Source: Chrysomallon squamiferum | Taxonomy: Eukaryota > Animalia > Mollusca | Direction: 5' to 3' | Assembly (NCBI GenBank): GCA_012295275.1 | Contig: CM022673.1 | Coordinates: 29,078,001-29,142,000 of the forward strand | DNA length: 64,000 nucleotides | Shown here: positions 12,886-27,431 of the stretch, one piece after another | How the letters are laid out: each line of letters begins with the position of its first letter | Numbering within the stretch: the stretch's first letter is position 1 | Translations under genes and position numbers: made by a program | The notes under the pieces: model-generated | What the model was told of the DNA's origin: nothing | Seen by the model: the letters and a program-made list of their open reading frames with translations, nothing else | Databases searched by the model: none

Positions 12886-12968
<83 letters not shown>

Positions 12969-14222
12969 CTGTATATAAATAAAATGCAAAAAAAAAAAAA
13001 GGACAGGAAGACGGTTTGTCTAATTTCTGCACAGCAAGTCAAACAGCGAGGATAATTAACACTGAATATAGCTGGTATTTTTAGAAACGTAAAGAGCAAA
13101 GGCCTGTTTCTCTGTATTTATTTACTTTCTTATTTATTCAGATAATAGTATAGATTACTAATCTTGAAATCAAAGGTTTATTCCAGTTTGTAATCGAAAC
13201 ACCGAGTGAGATAACATCAGTTCAAAATGTATTTTTTTTTATTATTATATATTTGTTAGTCACGTATTACACAGATTGTTGTGGTTTCTTATTAAATTTC
13301 CAATGAGTAAATATGACTGAGTTTCAATTAGTACTTGGGATAGCATTGGCCTTATTTAATTGTCACGACGAAAAATCAATCATAAGATAAATAATCCCAT
13401 TTAATATTATGCCAGTCAGTTCCCTTTTATTTTGAATCAGCCTACATTATTTTAAAACTGCGTTTTGGTAGACGTCAATAAGGACAAAATAGTGCGCTTG
13501 TTAACCCACTTCTTGTTATTTGCTACATTTATATAAAAATCAAATAATGCAGCAGAAATCTTACCATGAATATAAGCTCTTTGTTTCTCTTAGCTGATAA
13601 TCCTCTAGAAAGAAAACAACCGGAAAAATAAATAAAATACATGAAATACAGTTTTTAACATTAATAATATATTTATTTTTCATATAAGTATTTTGAAATA
13701 TTTTTTTTATTATTATTTACGACTTACTTTATAATGGTACTGTGTGACTTGATATTAATGAAACTGCCAAGAAAAAAAAATTAAAACTTACCAAATAAAA
13801 CAAAACCAAATTCTCCATTTTATCCCATACACTGAACACGATTTCTGAAAAAAAAATATAATAAATATAAATTTATATTAAAAAAAAAAAACGTCAGTCA
13901 TTAGTACATCCTGAAACGTCCACCACGAAGTTTTGTCTCAGCGTGATGAACCTTTTAATCTCATCAGAACAGATGAATCACCCGCTGAGAGACTCTCACG
14001 AACTGCAGTCGCTAACAAGAATAGCAAGAACTGCAGCAGTGGAAAATATAACATTCGCCCCAAGAACCCAGAAAATAATTTTATCATTCATGGGAATCGT
14101 GGCTGGAGTTACACACTGAGGACGTTTCCGTATCATGTTGGTATTTAAAGCAAGGGAACCAGACACTGACCAGAGCGCTTGTTTGAAAGAGAAAAACATC
14201 AGGGATATCTTACAAGGCAGAC

Positions 14223-15182
14223 ATGAATCTTGTAAGGATTCTTCTTATTGTAATGAGTAAGTAACCTTCAGAAATTATTGTCTATATACATATATATTCT
14301 TTATTTATATTCTTATATTACATACAATCAAAATGAATATACAGAAATATTAAGATTTGAGTATTAAATCGGTTGTTTCATTTCTTTCAAAATTTAAACA
14401 AGAAGAATATTAAATTACTGTTTACTAAATATACTGAAATTCTGAATAAATTGATTTACTCATATTTTAACTGAAAACTGTCGATTATTTTAATCATCAC
14501 AATATTTTTTTCTTTGTTAAAGTTGCCTTAAAATATTTATTAAAAACGAAATCAAGTTATTAACTGTGCAATCCATTACTAATTTAAACATTTATAGAAA
14601 AGAAGTTAAAGTGAAAAATATTTTTGAAAAACAACAAAAAAAGACAACAACAGAATAATCGAAAATGTGACATAACTTAACATAAAGTAGTGCAACGTAA
14701 TGTTACGTAATGCAACTTAACATAAAGTAGTGCAACGTAATGGTACGTAACGTAGCATAACTTAGTATAGCGTAACGTAACGTGACGTACCGTAGTAAAA
14801 CATGGCATAGCGTGACGTAGTATAACGTAACGTTTAACAACGTAGCATAACGTAACGTAACGTTTAACAACGTAGCATGACGTAACGTTTAACAACGTAG
14901 CATAACGTAACGTAACGTTTAACAACGTAGCATGACATAACGTTTAACAACGTAGCATAACGTAACGTAACGTAACGTTTAACAACGTAGCATGACGTAA
15001 CGTAACGTAACGTTTCATAACGTAATAAACTGTTTTCTTCTTGTTTAGTTTCAGTCACTTTGCTCGGCGCGGCTGACAGCTGTTGTTGTAAGAAGTGCTG
15101 TTGTAAGAAATGTTGTTGTAAATGTTGTAAGTGCAAGTGTAAATGTTGTGGATGCAAGTGCTGCCATTCAGACAAGAAGTAG
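14223..15182 (+). CDS. Secreted Cys/Lys-rich peptide, copy 7 (longest class A): MNLVRILLIVMISVTLLGAADS|CCCKKCCCKKCCCKCCKCKCKCCGCKCCHSDKK
   Basis: Exons 14223-14256 and 15049-15182. TATTTAAA at 14142, GTTTCC at 14124, probable 3' UTR intron 15217-15593, AATAAA near 15668. Confidence 0.9.
14670..15025. repeat. CpG-rich pentamer-based satellite (CGTAA/CATAA with higher-order CGTTTAACAACGTAGCATRA units) in intron 1 of copy 7
   Basis: Visible directly. It produces the spurious repetitive ORFs 14677-14925 and 14864-15175. Confidence 0.9.
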
Positions 15183-15235
15183 CTCAGATTGCAAACTAAA
15201 TTTGCTCAATTCAGAGGTAAAAAGAAATATACCTA

Positions 15236-15274
<39 letters not shown>

Positions 15275-15465
15275 ATGTTTTATAAACATCTATGTTCAAA
15301 ATATTGAAAAGTCACTGTACCAATGTGTTACTAATGTGCAATAAGATAACGTATGGCAGCAATACTAGTAATAATTTTATTAAAAACAACGTTTAAAGCA
15401 ACAATAAGAATAGCAACAACAACATCAATAACAACAATAATAACAACAACAACAACAACAACAAC

Positions 15466-15513
<48 letters not shown>

Positions 15514-15773
15514 GATAATAATAATAATTTGTAGATTGTTTAATTAGTTTTTTATTTTTATTTATTTTTAGTTTGACGAGTGATATTTTTCAGGTGTCCA
15601 GGGAAACAGATCTCTTCTTATAATCGGTGATTTTTCAAAATACGACTTTCCTGTTGTTAGTTTATTAAATAAAATCTGTGTTGTAAATTCATTTGTAGTT
15701 TGGATTTTCTATGTGTTTTGTGGAGGTCAACTGTGTGTGTGTGTGTGTGTGCGTGTGTGCGTGTGTGTGTGTG

Positions 15774-15813
<40 letters not shown>

Positions 15814-16207
15814 TGTTTTACACGCCTCCGTTTTGGTGATTTGGGGAAAAGAAGAATATAAGAAGATATTGTGGATGGCTTTACAATTAAATATCATTGA
15901 TCATTTTTATATTTTTTTTATTATTTGACTTCGTTCTTGCAGTTGATTACATTTTTTTATTTACAAGTCTCATCTTGAGTACAAATAATTTTGACATGAA
16001 AATGTTTCTAAACTGGTATTTTAATATATACCCTTGATAAATGCTATAAAAAAATTTGAAAACAAGTTATATTTGAAAGAAAGCTTACCTCGGGGTTTAG
16101 CAATTTGACATGAACTTGATATAAATAATAGATACTAATGCAGAATAGAACTTGTTTTACGAATCAGAAAAACTGATCATATAGATTTGGAAGTCCGTTA
16201 GTAAGTG

Positions 16208-16305
<98 letters not shown>

Positions 16306-17388
16306 CACACATATATATATATACTGTTTTGTTTTCATCCATGATAATTTCTCATTTAATCAGTGATGAAATATTTCAATGCTATTATTTGAAACCCATG
16401 GAAAATTATTTCAAAGTTATAAAGAATTATATACCTGAGAATAAATGTATGTATATGTGAAAATGAAAAAAAATATATATATAAAAAAAGGGTTATGGAA
16501 AATGAACAGCTCCAAAAGATTATCACCATTAGTAAGTGTATATGCTTTGATTTATAAAATATATATATTAGCACACTGGCATGGATTGGATTTGCACAGA
16601 AAGTATGGGTAATTTTTAAAATGAAAATAAAGTTAATAGTGGGATTCGAGCTTTTACATTAAAACCCTGATGTATCTATACATGAACTCTTTAACTTTCA
16701 GCAACGAAATCCGATCAGATGTAATAACAGATAGTAACAATTAAGTGTTTGTTAACTATTTTAGTGTAGGATCCATTGTAATAACATACTAACACAGATC
16801 CAGGATGTCACAGAGGAAAGAAACTTTATAATTTTGGTAATTGTAACATACAAGATAAACATTTCAAAAAATGAAGAATCGAACTTTTTGATTAAAGTAA
16901 TCTCCAAATTTTCAGTACTTAAAAATAAGCTATGCACCGTGGCCTTGTGATATCTACGTGTATGTATAATGCATGTGTGTTTGTATGGTAGATATTGCTG
17001 GTGGAGGTCTATGTTGAAAAACACTTTGAGGAATGATTATTACATATCTGAAACACGTTCCCACTGCAAGCAATAATATGTAAGTATTAAGTTTGCAAAA
17101 ACTAAATAAATAAATAGATAACACCATTGTATTATAACTAGTAAGTTGTTTTTATTTCATTGAAACAGATTAAATTATACGTTTTTCCAAACCACAGATG
17201 TAAAACAGCTCGCAGTATATTTTTCATCTCCTGCAAAATATTAAAGTTGTACAATATAAAATGGTAAGAAAACATTACTTCTGGAAATATTTATTAAAAC
17301 TACTTTACACAAAAATTATGTAAATTAGTATAGACGTATGTAACGTTTTTTTTTTTTTTTTTCTTCCAGTGGTGCCTATGATTTCAGA

Positions 17389-17441
<53 letters not shown>

Positions 17442-17790
17442 CAACAACAATAATAATAAATATTTATTTCTATGTGTATGCGTTAACGTATGTTGAATGT
17501 CTCTAGCAGTTCAGGGACATATTCAGTGTTTGTTAACACGGACATGTTATTAATTAATACATAATTTCTATAACAAAACATAAAATAAGTGAGTTATATT
17601 GTTTTGTATACGTATATTGGAATTTAGTCCATTTTAGATAGACGTTATCAGTGAAGATGTATATTGGCTTTAGTTTACATTTTGAGATGACACAAAGGGG
17701 GAAATTCTGTGTATTTTGTAACTGACTGTGTTTATTTTTAACAGGATGTTAAACATAATTAAACTGTTGCAAGATACCTTTAGTAGAGTC

Positions 17791-18171
17791 CTACTTTTTA
17801 TCACCACAGCATTTGCAGCAGCATTTCTTACAGCATTTGCAACAGCATTTACAGCAGCATGCATCAGCAACTCCAAGCATCGAGACAGTCACTATAATAA
17901 TAATAATAAAATAAATAAAATAAAATAAAATAAAATCATCAAAACAGTATTTCAATACTCCTGTCTTACATATTTATATTCGTAAATATTATGTCAAGTA
18001 CAGTAATAACATTATTATCTTACAGTGTCATAAGGAATTTGAAAGAAAAATGTTTCTGTCTTGTATGATATGCTTTTAATAGGTGAAATAATTAAGTTTA
18101 TGTATTCTTTCACGTACAGTAACAGTCACCAGAATGCACGGAGGCAGAGGAAAAAATATATACAATATACT

Positions 18172-18256
<85 letters not shown>

Positions 18257-18313
18257 AGTTTCAATATTATCATACTTACGGCAAACAACAGTGATAATTT
18301 TAACAAAATTCAT
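17791..18313 (-). CDS. Secreted Cys/Lys-rich peptide, copy 8 (class A): MNFVKIITVVCLTVSMLGVADA|CCCKCCCKCCKKCCCKCCGDKK
   Basis: Exons 18313-18280 and 17891-17791. TATA at 18396-18389, GTTTCC at 18412-18407, 3' UTR donor at 17777. Confidence 0.9.
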
Positions 18314-18685
18314 GATTAAACAACTTTTCTTGAAGTGTTTTACACCTCTGTTTGGATTAAAATGTTGTAACTTCAGCTGTCGTCGTAATTTATATACAAA
18401 ACACCAGGAAACAACCAAAACTGACAGAGATAACTGATTCCACTGCATGTTTATTAATAACAAATATGTAATTATAACGATCACCTCCCGCCGTGTTTTC
18501 TGTGTTATTACTTAAACGAGACATTGTGTAAAAATAAAGTTTATCTCGCTGTGATGAAACAACAGTTACGTCTGTTGTGTAACTTTTATTACTCACATTG
18601 TTTGTTGTTAGTAATGCCATATCAAAGCGAGGAGAAATATCGGCGACTAGGGGTACATTCAGATATTACTGGAGTAGTGCAGCTT

Positions 18686-18801
<116 letters not shown>

Positions 18802-18925
18802 CAAACAAGCTTATTCAAATTCCTATTCAATGGTGTTTCAATCTAGGCGTAAAGTTCACTGGGGACAGCGACTTCTCCCAGTGTAAGACTGCTCCACTGA
18901 CTGATCGGCGATTTTTCTGTTCAAA

Positions 18926-19460
18926 ATGGCGTCGAGCGCTCAGTACACGTTATCGGCGAATTCGATCTCGTTTCTTGATCCAATTCTGCACCATCTCAGT
19001 AAGTCAATTATTACGATTTTTAATTAATATTTCTTAAAAACCTATTCAAGAATTTATTTAATTTTTATCTAATTATTTTGTGTGTATTGTGCTCCGAAGC
19101 ATAACACAGCTTAAGTAAGCGGCCCGATCCACTAAAAAAGAAATGAATTTCATTCGCTTTTTACTGCTGATATCAGCTGTGATATCAACAATGATAATGT
19201 TATACACTTGTCTTTTATTTTGTTTGGGAATAGTAAATATTACGTGAAAATGAAGGCAACTAAAAGGTCAAAGATCAAAACAGCTAACAATTTACAAGCG
19301 AGTAGTATATGTTTACATTATTACTGTTAAATAATGGATGTGAAATTGTTATGTGCATGGTTCAAGTTCAGTATTACACTTACATTCTGTTTTATAAATT
19401 ACAGGTATCATGGAAATGCCAGCTACAAACTCGGCTCAGTACTCTGCTGATCTCATCTGA
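18926..19460 (+). other. Candidate small spliced ORF or non-coding host transcript (MASSAQYTLSANSISFLDPILHHLSIMEMPATNSAQYSADLI, 42 aa)
   Basis: CpG-rich patch with AAAATGGCG start context, strong GTAAGT donor at 18999 and TTACAG acceptor at 19403-19404. No recognised homology. Confidence 0.35.
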
Positions 19461-20670
19461 AACTGATGTTAATGACAGAGCAATTTGTCCTCGTTATTCA
19501 CTCAAAATTTGAAGGAAATCCATACGATAGGTTTTAAGTTATGTCCATTTAAATGTTTTACTACGTGGTGATTATCTGTTTATATCCGGACAAGTCAAGT
19601 TTGCCTTTACCTCATGTGTTTTTTTGTTTGTTTTTTTTGTTTTTTGCAGCTTTGTCATTTTAAGTATTTGTTTTTCACATTTTCATGAGATGATTTTTTT
19701 CTTTTTTTTCTTTTTAAATATTGCATATTGGTGATTTGTGAAGTACTTCTTGTGGGAGTAAAAACAGATCTCAGTTTATGGTCACTGACATTTGTTAATT
19801 AATCAAGTTCATATTTGCTGAGTGACTGAATATGGGGAATAAATTCCGGGGTAATAAAAAAAAGAAGAGAAAAACCACTCATAATAATCATATTGGTGGT
19901 TACCTTTTAAAAAATATATTAAACCATTTCTTGAATATTTTTGTTTTAATTTTTTTTATCGAAATTAATCTAATATTTCAGTTTCAAGCGTGTTTGTACA
20001 ATTGGTCTTTCACCTGATAAACAGTTGGATCGTATCTCTCTATGAACAACTTCTTTCAGAAATATCTTTAGAGGTGTAACTGTCTTTTTTCTTCTTTTTT
20101 TAAATTATCTATTCTAATTGTCGACCTCTGAATAAATAGATAGATAGATAGACAGATAGACAGATAGATAGACAGACAGACAGATAAATATAATTAGAAT
20201 AAAAATAACACAGTTAAATTGCAATAAGCATATTTATTTTTATTTCACGTAAAGTATTTAATTATGTTTCATATAATGGACAATATCGAGAATTTCCTAT
20301 CTTTCCTCCATCACCTGCAATATACAAAATATATATTTATTAGCTGACAATTAACCATTTGTAATAAACAAAGTGATTACTCTTTCGGGGTTTATGAATA
20401 ATATTATTGTCAGTGCATTAGTTATAGCTGTTTACATATATAATAATTTAAATTATAATTATTAACTATCTAAACAAATTTAAGCTTTTATCATTCTCAA
20501 AATCTAATTTGTCATAAGTCTGATATGAATTAATGGTTTTTAAATTTAATATTTAAAATAATGTCACGCAAAGACACAAATATGCTTTGTTTTATAACAT
20601 CTCCGATTTACAGTGCTGCTTGAAACAGGTTGATGTGATTACCGGGTTTTGTTTGATGACACGTGCAGTT

Positions 20671-20819
20671 CTACTTTTTATCACCACAGCACTTGCAGCA
20701 GCATTTCTTACAACATTTGCAACAACATTTACAACAGCATGCGTCAGCAGCAGCAAACAGTGAGACTGAAACTAAAATCAAAATTCCATTATTTATTCAT
20801 TTTAAACATTGTGTGTGTG

Positions 20820-20904
<85 letters not shown>

Positions 20905-21019
20905 CTGGAAGACAGAAATATAGGAAAATAAAATTTAAAAGAATTACGGGTAAAAACCGTAATGGTTATCAATTATTATACTTACGGCACACAACTGTAA
21001 TAATTTTGACAAAATTCAT
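20671..21019 (-). CDS. Secreted Cys/Lys-rich peptide, copy 9 (class A): MNFVKIITVVCLSVSLFAAADA|CCCKCCCKCCKKCCCKCCGDKK
   Basis: Exons 21019-20986 and 20771-20671. TATA at 21108-21101, GTTTCC at 21125-21120, probable 3' UTR intron 20642-20315. Confidence 0.9.
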
Positions 21020-21375
21020 GATTAAAGAGTTGTCCTGAATACTGGATATGTAATCACACCACTGTTTGAATCGCAGTGTTGAATTCAGTGATCATCTTCA
21101 TTTATATACTAAAACAGCAGGAAACAACTGCAATTAACAGCGCCAACATACTTTTTTAATCTTCATTATTAATAAAGTTATGTAAATATAGCTGTTACTG
21201 ATCATTTTTTATGTTTTATAATCACACAAATATTATTCATAAATCCATTAATCGCATGCTGTGACAACATTTCACTTACTAAATATTTTATAATTTTTTT
21301 TTTCCAATACAAAAAATAAAACGCGTTTTGAAGGCTTTTTTTTTTCCATCTTCTTAACTTTTTTTTAAATGTTTA

Positions 21376-21417
<42 letters not shown>

Positions 21418-21590
21418 CAGTTATTTTCATTATTATAATTGTTTTGTTATTGTTATTGCTGTTTAAACAGTATTGCCTTTTTAATAAAATCAGATAAGAA
21501 CTGATAATTAACAATTAAGCATGTTAATAAATTAAATAATATTAGAGGTGGATCAGCTAATTCAGAATGTAATTTACTAGGTTAAATGCG

Positions 21591-21657
<67 letters not shown>

Positions 21658-22690
21658 GTAATAATAATTAATATTATTGTTTATTGTAGTAGTAGCAGTT
21701 GTTGTAGTAGTAGTAGTACTATAGCAATAAAAATAATAATAATATGATGCTGATGATGATTAAGATCAAGATGATATTGTTCTTTTTGTCATTATTTTGT
21801 TGTTTTTGTGGTTATTAATAACAGCAGTCATAGTTGTAGAGGCAGTAGCAATAACAGTGGCAGTAGCAATAGTTTAGTAGCAGTAACGGTAGTAACAGCA
21901 GAAACTTGTGTTATGTGTTAAAATGGTAGTAATAACAAACAGCCTACTTACATTTTCAGTACTAACATTTTTGATATTATTCTAATTGGTAATAAAAAAA
22001 ACTGCTGGATTAAATAAATATCTGTATCGTCAGTCTATTATCACACCATAAAAAAGTAAGTTATTAAATAAATATTGTATGATTAATGCATTTTCATTTT
22101 ATAGTAATACCTTTGGGACAAAATTTATCATGAGTAATAAATAATAGAAAAACTTAAAAAAAAAAAACTGTTTCAAATATATTTAGAATATTGCATGCAT
22201 CATTAGAGAAAATACTGTTACGTTAAACATCTCTTTTTGAGATGATATAATATTTTATTTCTGACATATCTCCTTCAGATCATTAGCTAAGATAAAAAAC
22301 TGTTTTTTTTTGTTTTTGTTTTTTAAATATCAGGATATAAATATAAATATTAAAAAGTATCAAATGTGTGAGAATAATGATCCACAGAACAATAATTTTA
22401 TCTATATTGTTATTTTTATTGTTGTTGTTGTTGTTGCATCTGGTTGTTGGGTGTTTTTGCAATGGTATGTAATTTTCATGATTTTGGAAAAGTGCACATA
22501 AAAAATTCCTTATTTTCCTTGATAAGAAGAGTGTTTGGGGTGTGAAAACAGTTCATTTTTTTCTTCTGTTTTTTTTCTTATTGTTTTCTTCTTACTTCTT
22601 ACTTACATCAAAAACAATGCAAAGAATAAACGTGTAGTTAAACAAATTAAAAGATATACATTTCAAATAAACACTCGTACATGCATACAT

Positions 22691-22788
<98 letters not shown>

Positions 22789-23207
22789 GGATGTAATATT
22801 TAGCGGGTTGAGATCATGAAATAACACATTTAATATATATTATTTGTTAACGAATTTGAAAACTGAATGTTTTATATATATACTCTGTACAAGGAAATTA
22901 TCAGTTTAATCTTGAAACAAGCTTTTGTTCTCAGCATGTGTGTTTAATCTCTTTAGATGTATTGTCATAAAGAGTTACTGTATCTAAAGCAAACCATATT
23001 TTCAAAAAGTAACTAAAATTTAATTGAAGATTAAAGGAATCATACAATAATGATAGGTAAAGCATCGTGTCTTTTCATGACGGAAATAAGATTTGATTTC
23101 ACTCTGTTTTTGGTTTCATTCTGCAGTATAAAAGACAGATGTAAATGCTAAGATGAGTCAGAACGAAAGATTTGTTATCAGCTAGTTATCCACAACAAGT
23201 TGTGAAA

Positions 23208-24181
23208 ATGAACTGCATGAAAATACTGTTTGCCTTGATCTGTAAGTTCATTTTATTTTATATACATATGTTGATATACACACACATCCATACATACAAA
23301 TACATTCATACTAAGTTGAAATACAAACATATATGCATTCGTACATAATTATACGTATGTAACACCTCCCTCTATCTCTCTCTCGTTCTGTCTTGTTCTC
23401 TGCCTATCTTCGTATGAATGTTCAAAAGTTTATTTCTACTCACTTTCACTGTTAATAAATTTTAAATTTAACCGTAAACAGCTTCTTTATTACTGAATCA
23501 ACGACATGTAAAAGTTTAAACAGATTTATGCGCCATTAATTTGTTTTATTTAATTACAGTTGCTGTTTTCCTCTTTACATCGGCCCATGGGTGCTGTTGT
23601 TGCTGCCCGTGCTGTTGCCGATGCCGTTGTCGATATCAGCATCATCTTAGACAACTGCTTCGAGAAAAACAGCTGAATGAAGCACGAGTTGGTAAGATGG
23701 CTGCCACAGCAGTTCCGCGATCTCAGACAGAGGTAAATATTCATAAATCACAACGTAAAGAACAACATGACTGACAAAACATAAAAATTAATACTTTGGT
23801 TTTCTCAGAAATTGAAAAATGGAAATAATTTTTATCTAAGAAATGAAAATATGTTTTCAAACATTTGAAATAAGAAATGAAAAATGGAAATAATTTTTAT
23901 CTTGGCTCATTTGAAATGTAAATTCTAATTATCTTGGCTCATTTGCTATAATGATGATGATGATAATGATGATGATGATGATGATGATAATTTTAGTAAT
24001 AATAATCATAATAATAAAAAAAATAATGATAAAAATAATAATAATACAAAATTGTTTTCAGGCTGCCAGAGGGGTACTAACTACTGAATCACCACGTGTA
24101 CAATCAGCAGGGAGACAATTAGAACGGGAAAACAACAACATAGAGGGAGCAACTGCAACTGTAGCCTCGCAGAAAGCTTGA
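23208..24181 (+). CDS. Secreted Cys/Arg-rich precursor, copy 10 (class B, 108 aa): MNCMKILFALIFAVFLFTSAHG|CCCCCPCCCRCRCRYQHHLRQLLREKQ...TVASQKA
   Basis: Exons 23208-23241, 23560-23732 and 24062-24181, all GT-AG and frame-consistent. TATA at 23127, AATAAA near 24210. Confidence 0.9.
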
Positions 24182-24989
24182 TTATCACTTTAACTTTTTT
24201 GTTTTAATGAATAAACTTGAATTAGCAGTACGATAGTTCATAATGTAACTTAATTTTTAAAACAGTAAATATGAATTAATTGATATTATTTTTGACTTGT
24301 ATTTATTTCACCTTGTTCAAAAACCGAACTGATGATCGATATGACTTTAGAAATGTTAAATAAACAATCTAAACAAAATTATAGAATTTCTTCTTTTGTT
24401 TTTCTTCTTTTCTTTTTTTTCCACTTTTCTGTGCAATATGAAGAAATTAACTGAAGATTTTTTTAAAATTTCTTTAATACATAATTTGAAAAAAAATATT
24501 TAATTTTCATTTTCAACAAGTGATGAATGCCTACGAAAACGTTTGTGAAAATATTTGGGAAATCTTTCAAAATAAACGTTTTTATTTTTGTTCTGTGTTT
24601 TGTTATTTTTGTTTAAATTTGATTCACAATTTCTGCTTAGGAAAAAAAGGACAATTTTCTTTAATAAGCTTGAATAATAATATTAGTCTTTTAAATTTAT
24701 GTAACTGCATATAAAAATTTAATTTTCATTTTCAATAAGTATAAAATTACCTTTTGAAAAAAACCCCTAATTTTGTAATTCATTCATGTTTTTGTTATTT
24801 TTATTTAATCCATTTGGACGAAAAAATTATAATGAGTATTAAAACTAATAATTTTAATTAAATCATATTCATATTTAAAAAAAAAAATAACAACAACAAC
24901 ATCAACAATAACAGTTAATAACAATAATAATAATAATGTTAATGTTAAAGTTAATTTTTATTAGGAACTTCGGACAAATATTAATGTTA

Positions 24990-25437
24990 TCCGGATGGAC
25001 TGTATAAAATGGGGCCTGAGATAAATAGCCTATTTATGTTTTTTTCGGTTTTCTGAAAGAAAATTGTAATTAAATATTGTAAATTAAAGGAATAAACATT
25101 TTTTTAAAAGTTAAAAATTTAACAAGTCTCAGCCTATTCAGTTTATATATTTCGACACATAAATAATGATACAATGAATGAACGCAAAAAAGCAACTGAA
25201 AAGTAGTTCCGGTGAGTAGTTCTGGAACTAAAAAAAGATTTAGAATAACAACTATACATTGATCTATCTAAGGCATTTGAATTAATAAACAATCAGAATC
25301 TGTATTTAAAATGCTAACAACGAAAATTTGTTGGAGGATCAATGTTGTTTTAGAACTTTCTTTCTTTCCAAATCCCAGAATAAAACATAATTAGGCTATT
25401 TATCTCAAGAAAGTGTTTGACCATAACTCTGTCCGGA
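24990..25437. mobile_element. Putative MITE or non-autonomous DNA transposon remnant
   Basis: Perfect 16-bp inverted repeat TGAGATAAATAGCCTA (25017-25032) / TAGGCTATTTATCTCA (25392-25407). TCCGGA occurs at both outer ends (24990 and 25432). No ORF inside. Confidence 0.5.
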
Positions 25438-26149
25438 AACTTTAATAAAAGTATCTCTGATAAAATTATTATTATTATTATATAATATTGATAAAGAAAT
25501 GCAGTTCTAGACAAAGAACGTTCTCGTTTTTCCAGACTAAGTTCAGTTTGGTTACCTCTCAGCCCTTTCTTCTGCCGGAATGATCTTTATTTCTTACAAT
25601 GCTTGTTAGCTTGTAATAAAGACTGAAGAACCAATCCCAATACAGACTTCTGTACCCTTGTACCATCAGTATCATATACGTATAATTATAATCTTTATTA
25701 TCGTTTCCTTTTTTTCTAATATTCAGATATTAGATAATTAAAATGAGTTTCTAAATATCCATAATAATTCAGTTACCTGTACAATCCCATCGAAGAAAAT
25801 AATTTAACAGTACATGAACAGAATGTCATCCTTTAAATTCATTCTCTTACAGGTAGAGAAATATAAAACAGATAGCCAAAAATATTTGATTGTACATATA
25901 ACCTGAATGTTGTGTATAATCAAGTATTATATTAGAAATGACTTTGTGAATTTCTCCTGTTTTGTTTTATTAACGCTTTCTATTTATCAGCTTTATATGC
26001 CGTTATTGTTCGTGTTATTTTATTTTATTTATTTATTTATTTATTTTTATTATTCTTTTTTTTTGTTTTTTTTAGGCTTTTTTTTTTGTTTTCTTTTTTT
26101 TTATTCTTCTTCTTATTATTATTACTATTATTATTGCTGCTACTATTAC

Positions 26150-26205
<56 letters not shown>

Positions 26206-26809
26206 TTTTGAAGGATCCAGTACTAAATACTTAATTTTAAAGTATATAAATGTAATATTACATATCATTAATTCTTTTGCGACTATTTTTCAATGTCGAG
26301 GGTCGTGCGGGCGGGCTTGTGTTTGCATAATAAATAAAAAAAAATTATTTCACTGTGCATGTTGGTAGAATCCCTTACATCCATGTCCTGTCTGAAGAAT
26401 TTAGTAAATAGTAATGTAGACACATTTCAAGAAACGAATGTTATATATATAATTATCTAAGAGAAGGAAATGATGAGCTTAACTTCATGAATCACGTTTG
26501 TTCACAGCGTGTTTGTTTAATGTGTTAGGACGTATCTTACTATCAAACATCTAATAAAACAAAAGTAAAATAAAGTAAAAGTTTTAAAAAAATAATCAGA
26601 ACTGAAGTTATGAAGATTAAAAGAAAGATGAAATAAAATCACATTTTAGAGTAATAAACCATCAATGAACTTTCTAAGGAAACAAACGACAAAAAGAAAA
26701 TTAAAGCTACCTGTTTGTTTTCTGCTATATAAAAGGTTCGCCGGCGATTGCCAAGACATTTCAAAACAAGAAGTTTTCTAAAAGTCGTGGTCTACAGCGT
26801 ATCGTCAAA

Positions 26810-27399
26810 ATGAACTGCATGAAAATTTTCTTTGCCTTGATCTGTGAGTATGTTTTCTACGTTTCTTGTCCGTGAGCTTTGTGTTTTCCAAAATTTCTAC
26901 ATATAGCCGTTATTATTCTGTAAACCTCTTTCAAAAATTTCAAATACAAACGGATAATGTTTTATTTAATGAAATGTTTGCATTCTATCACAATTTACCT
27001 TATGTAAAATGGTTAAAAGTTCAGAAGAAAAAACAATTCAGCAGCTAAAACTCTAACAAGATGTATCTTCTGGTTTGTAGTCGCCGTCTTTCTGTTTGCA
27101 TCGGCACATGGATGCGGTTGCTGTTGTCCTTGCTGTTGTCGCTGTCGTTGTCGACACCAACATCATCTGAGACAGCTGCTCCGAGGACGACATCTTCCTG
27201 AACCACCAGTCGCGACTGCTACTACAACTGCAAGACGAGCTAATACTGAGGTACGTAGATAATGAAATAATACTGGACGTGTTTGTAAATTAATGACAGA
27301 TAGAGCAGTTGTGAGAGCTTGCTGTAAAAAAAGATTATAACAAATCAAAATATCTTATTTTAACTATTTAATATTTTATTTTAATTATATTTTAAATAA

Positions 27400-27431
<32 letters not shown>

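Noticed and set aside
17791-17805. C-terminal amidation or ER-retrieval signal in GDKK/DKK endings
   Set aside because: Amidation needs Gly directly before the basic residues, and KKxx retrieval applies to cytosolic tails of membrane proteins. At most the terminal Lys residues could be trimmed by a carboxypeptidase.
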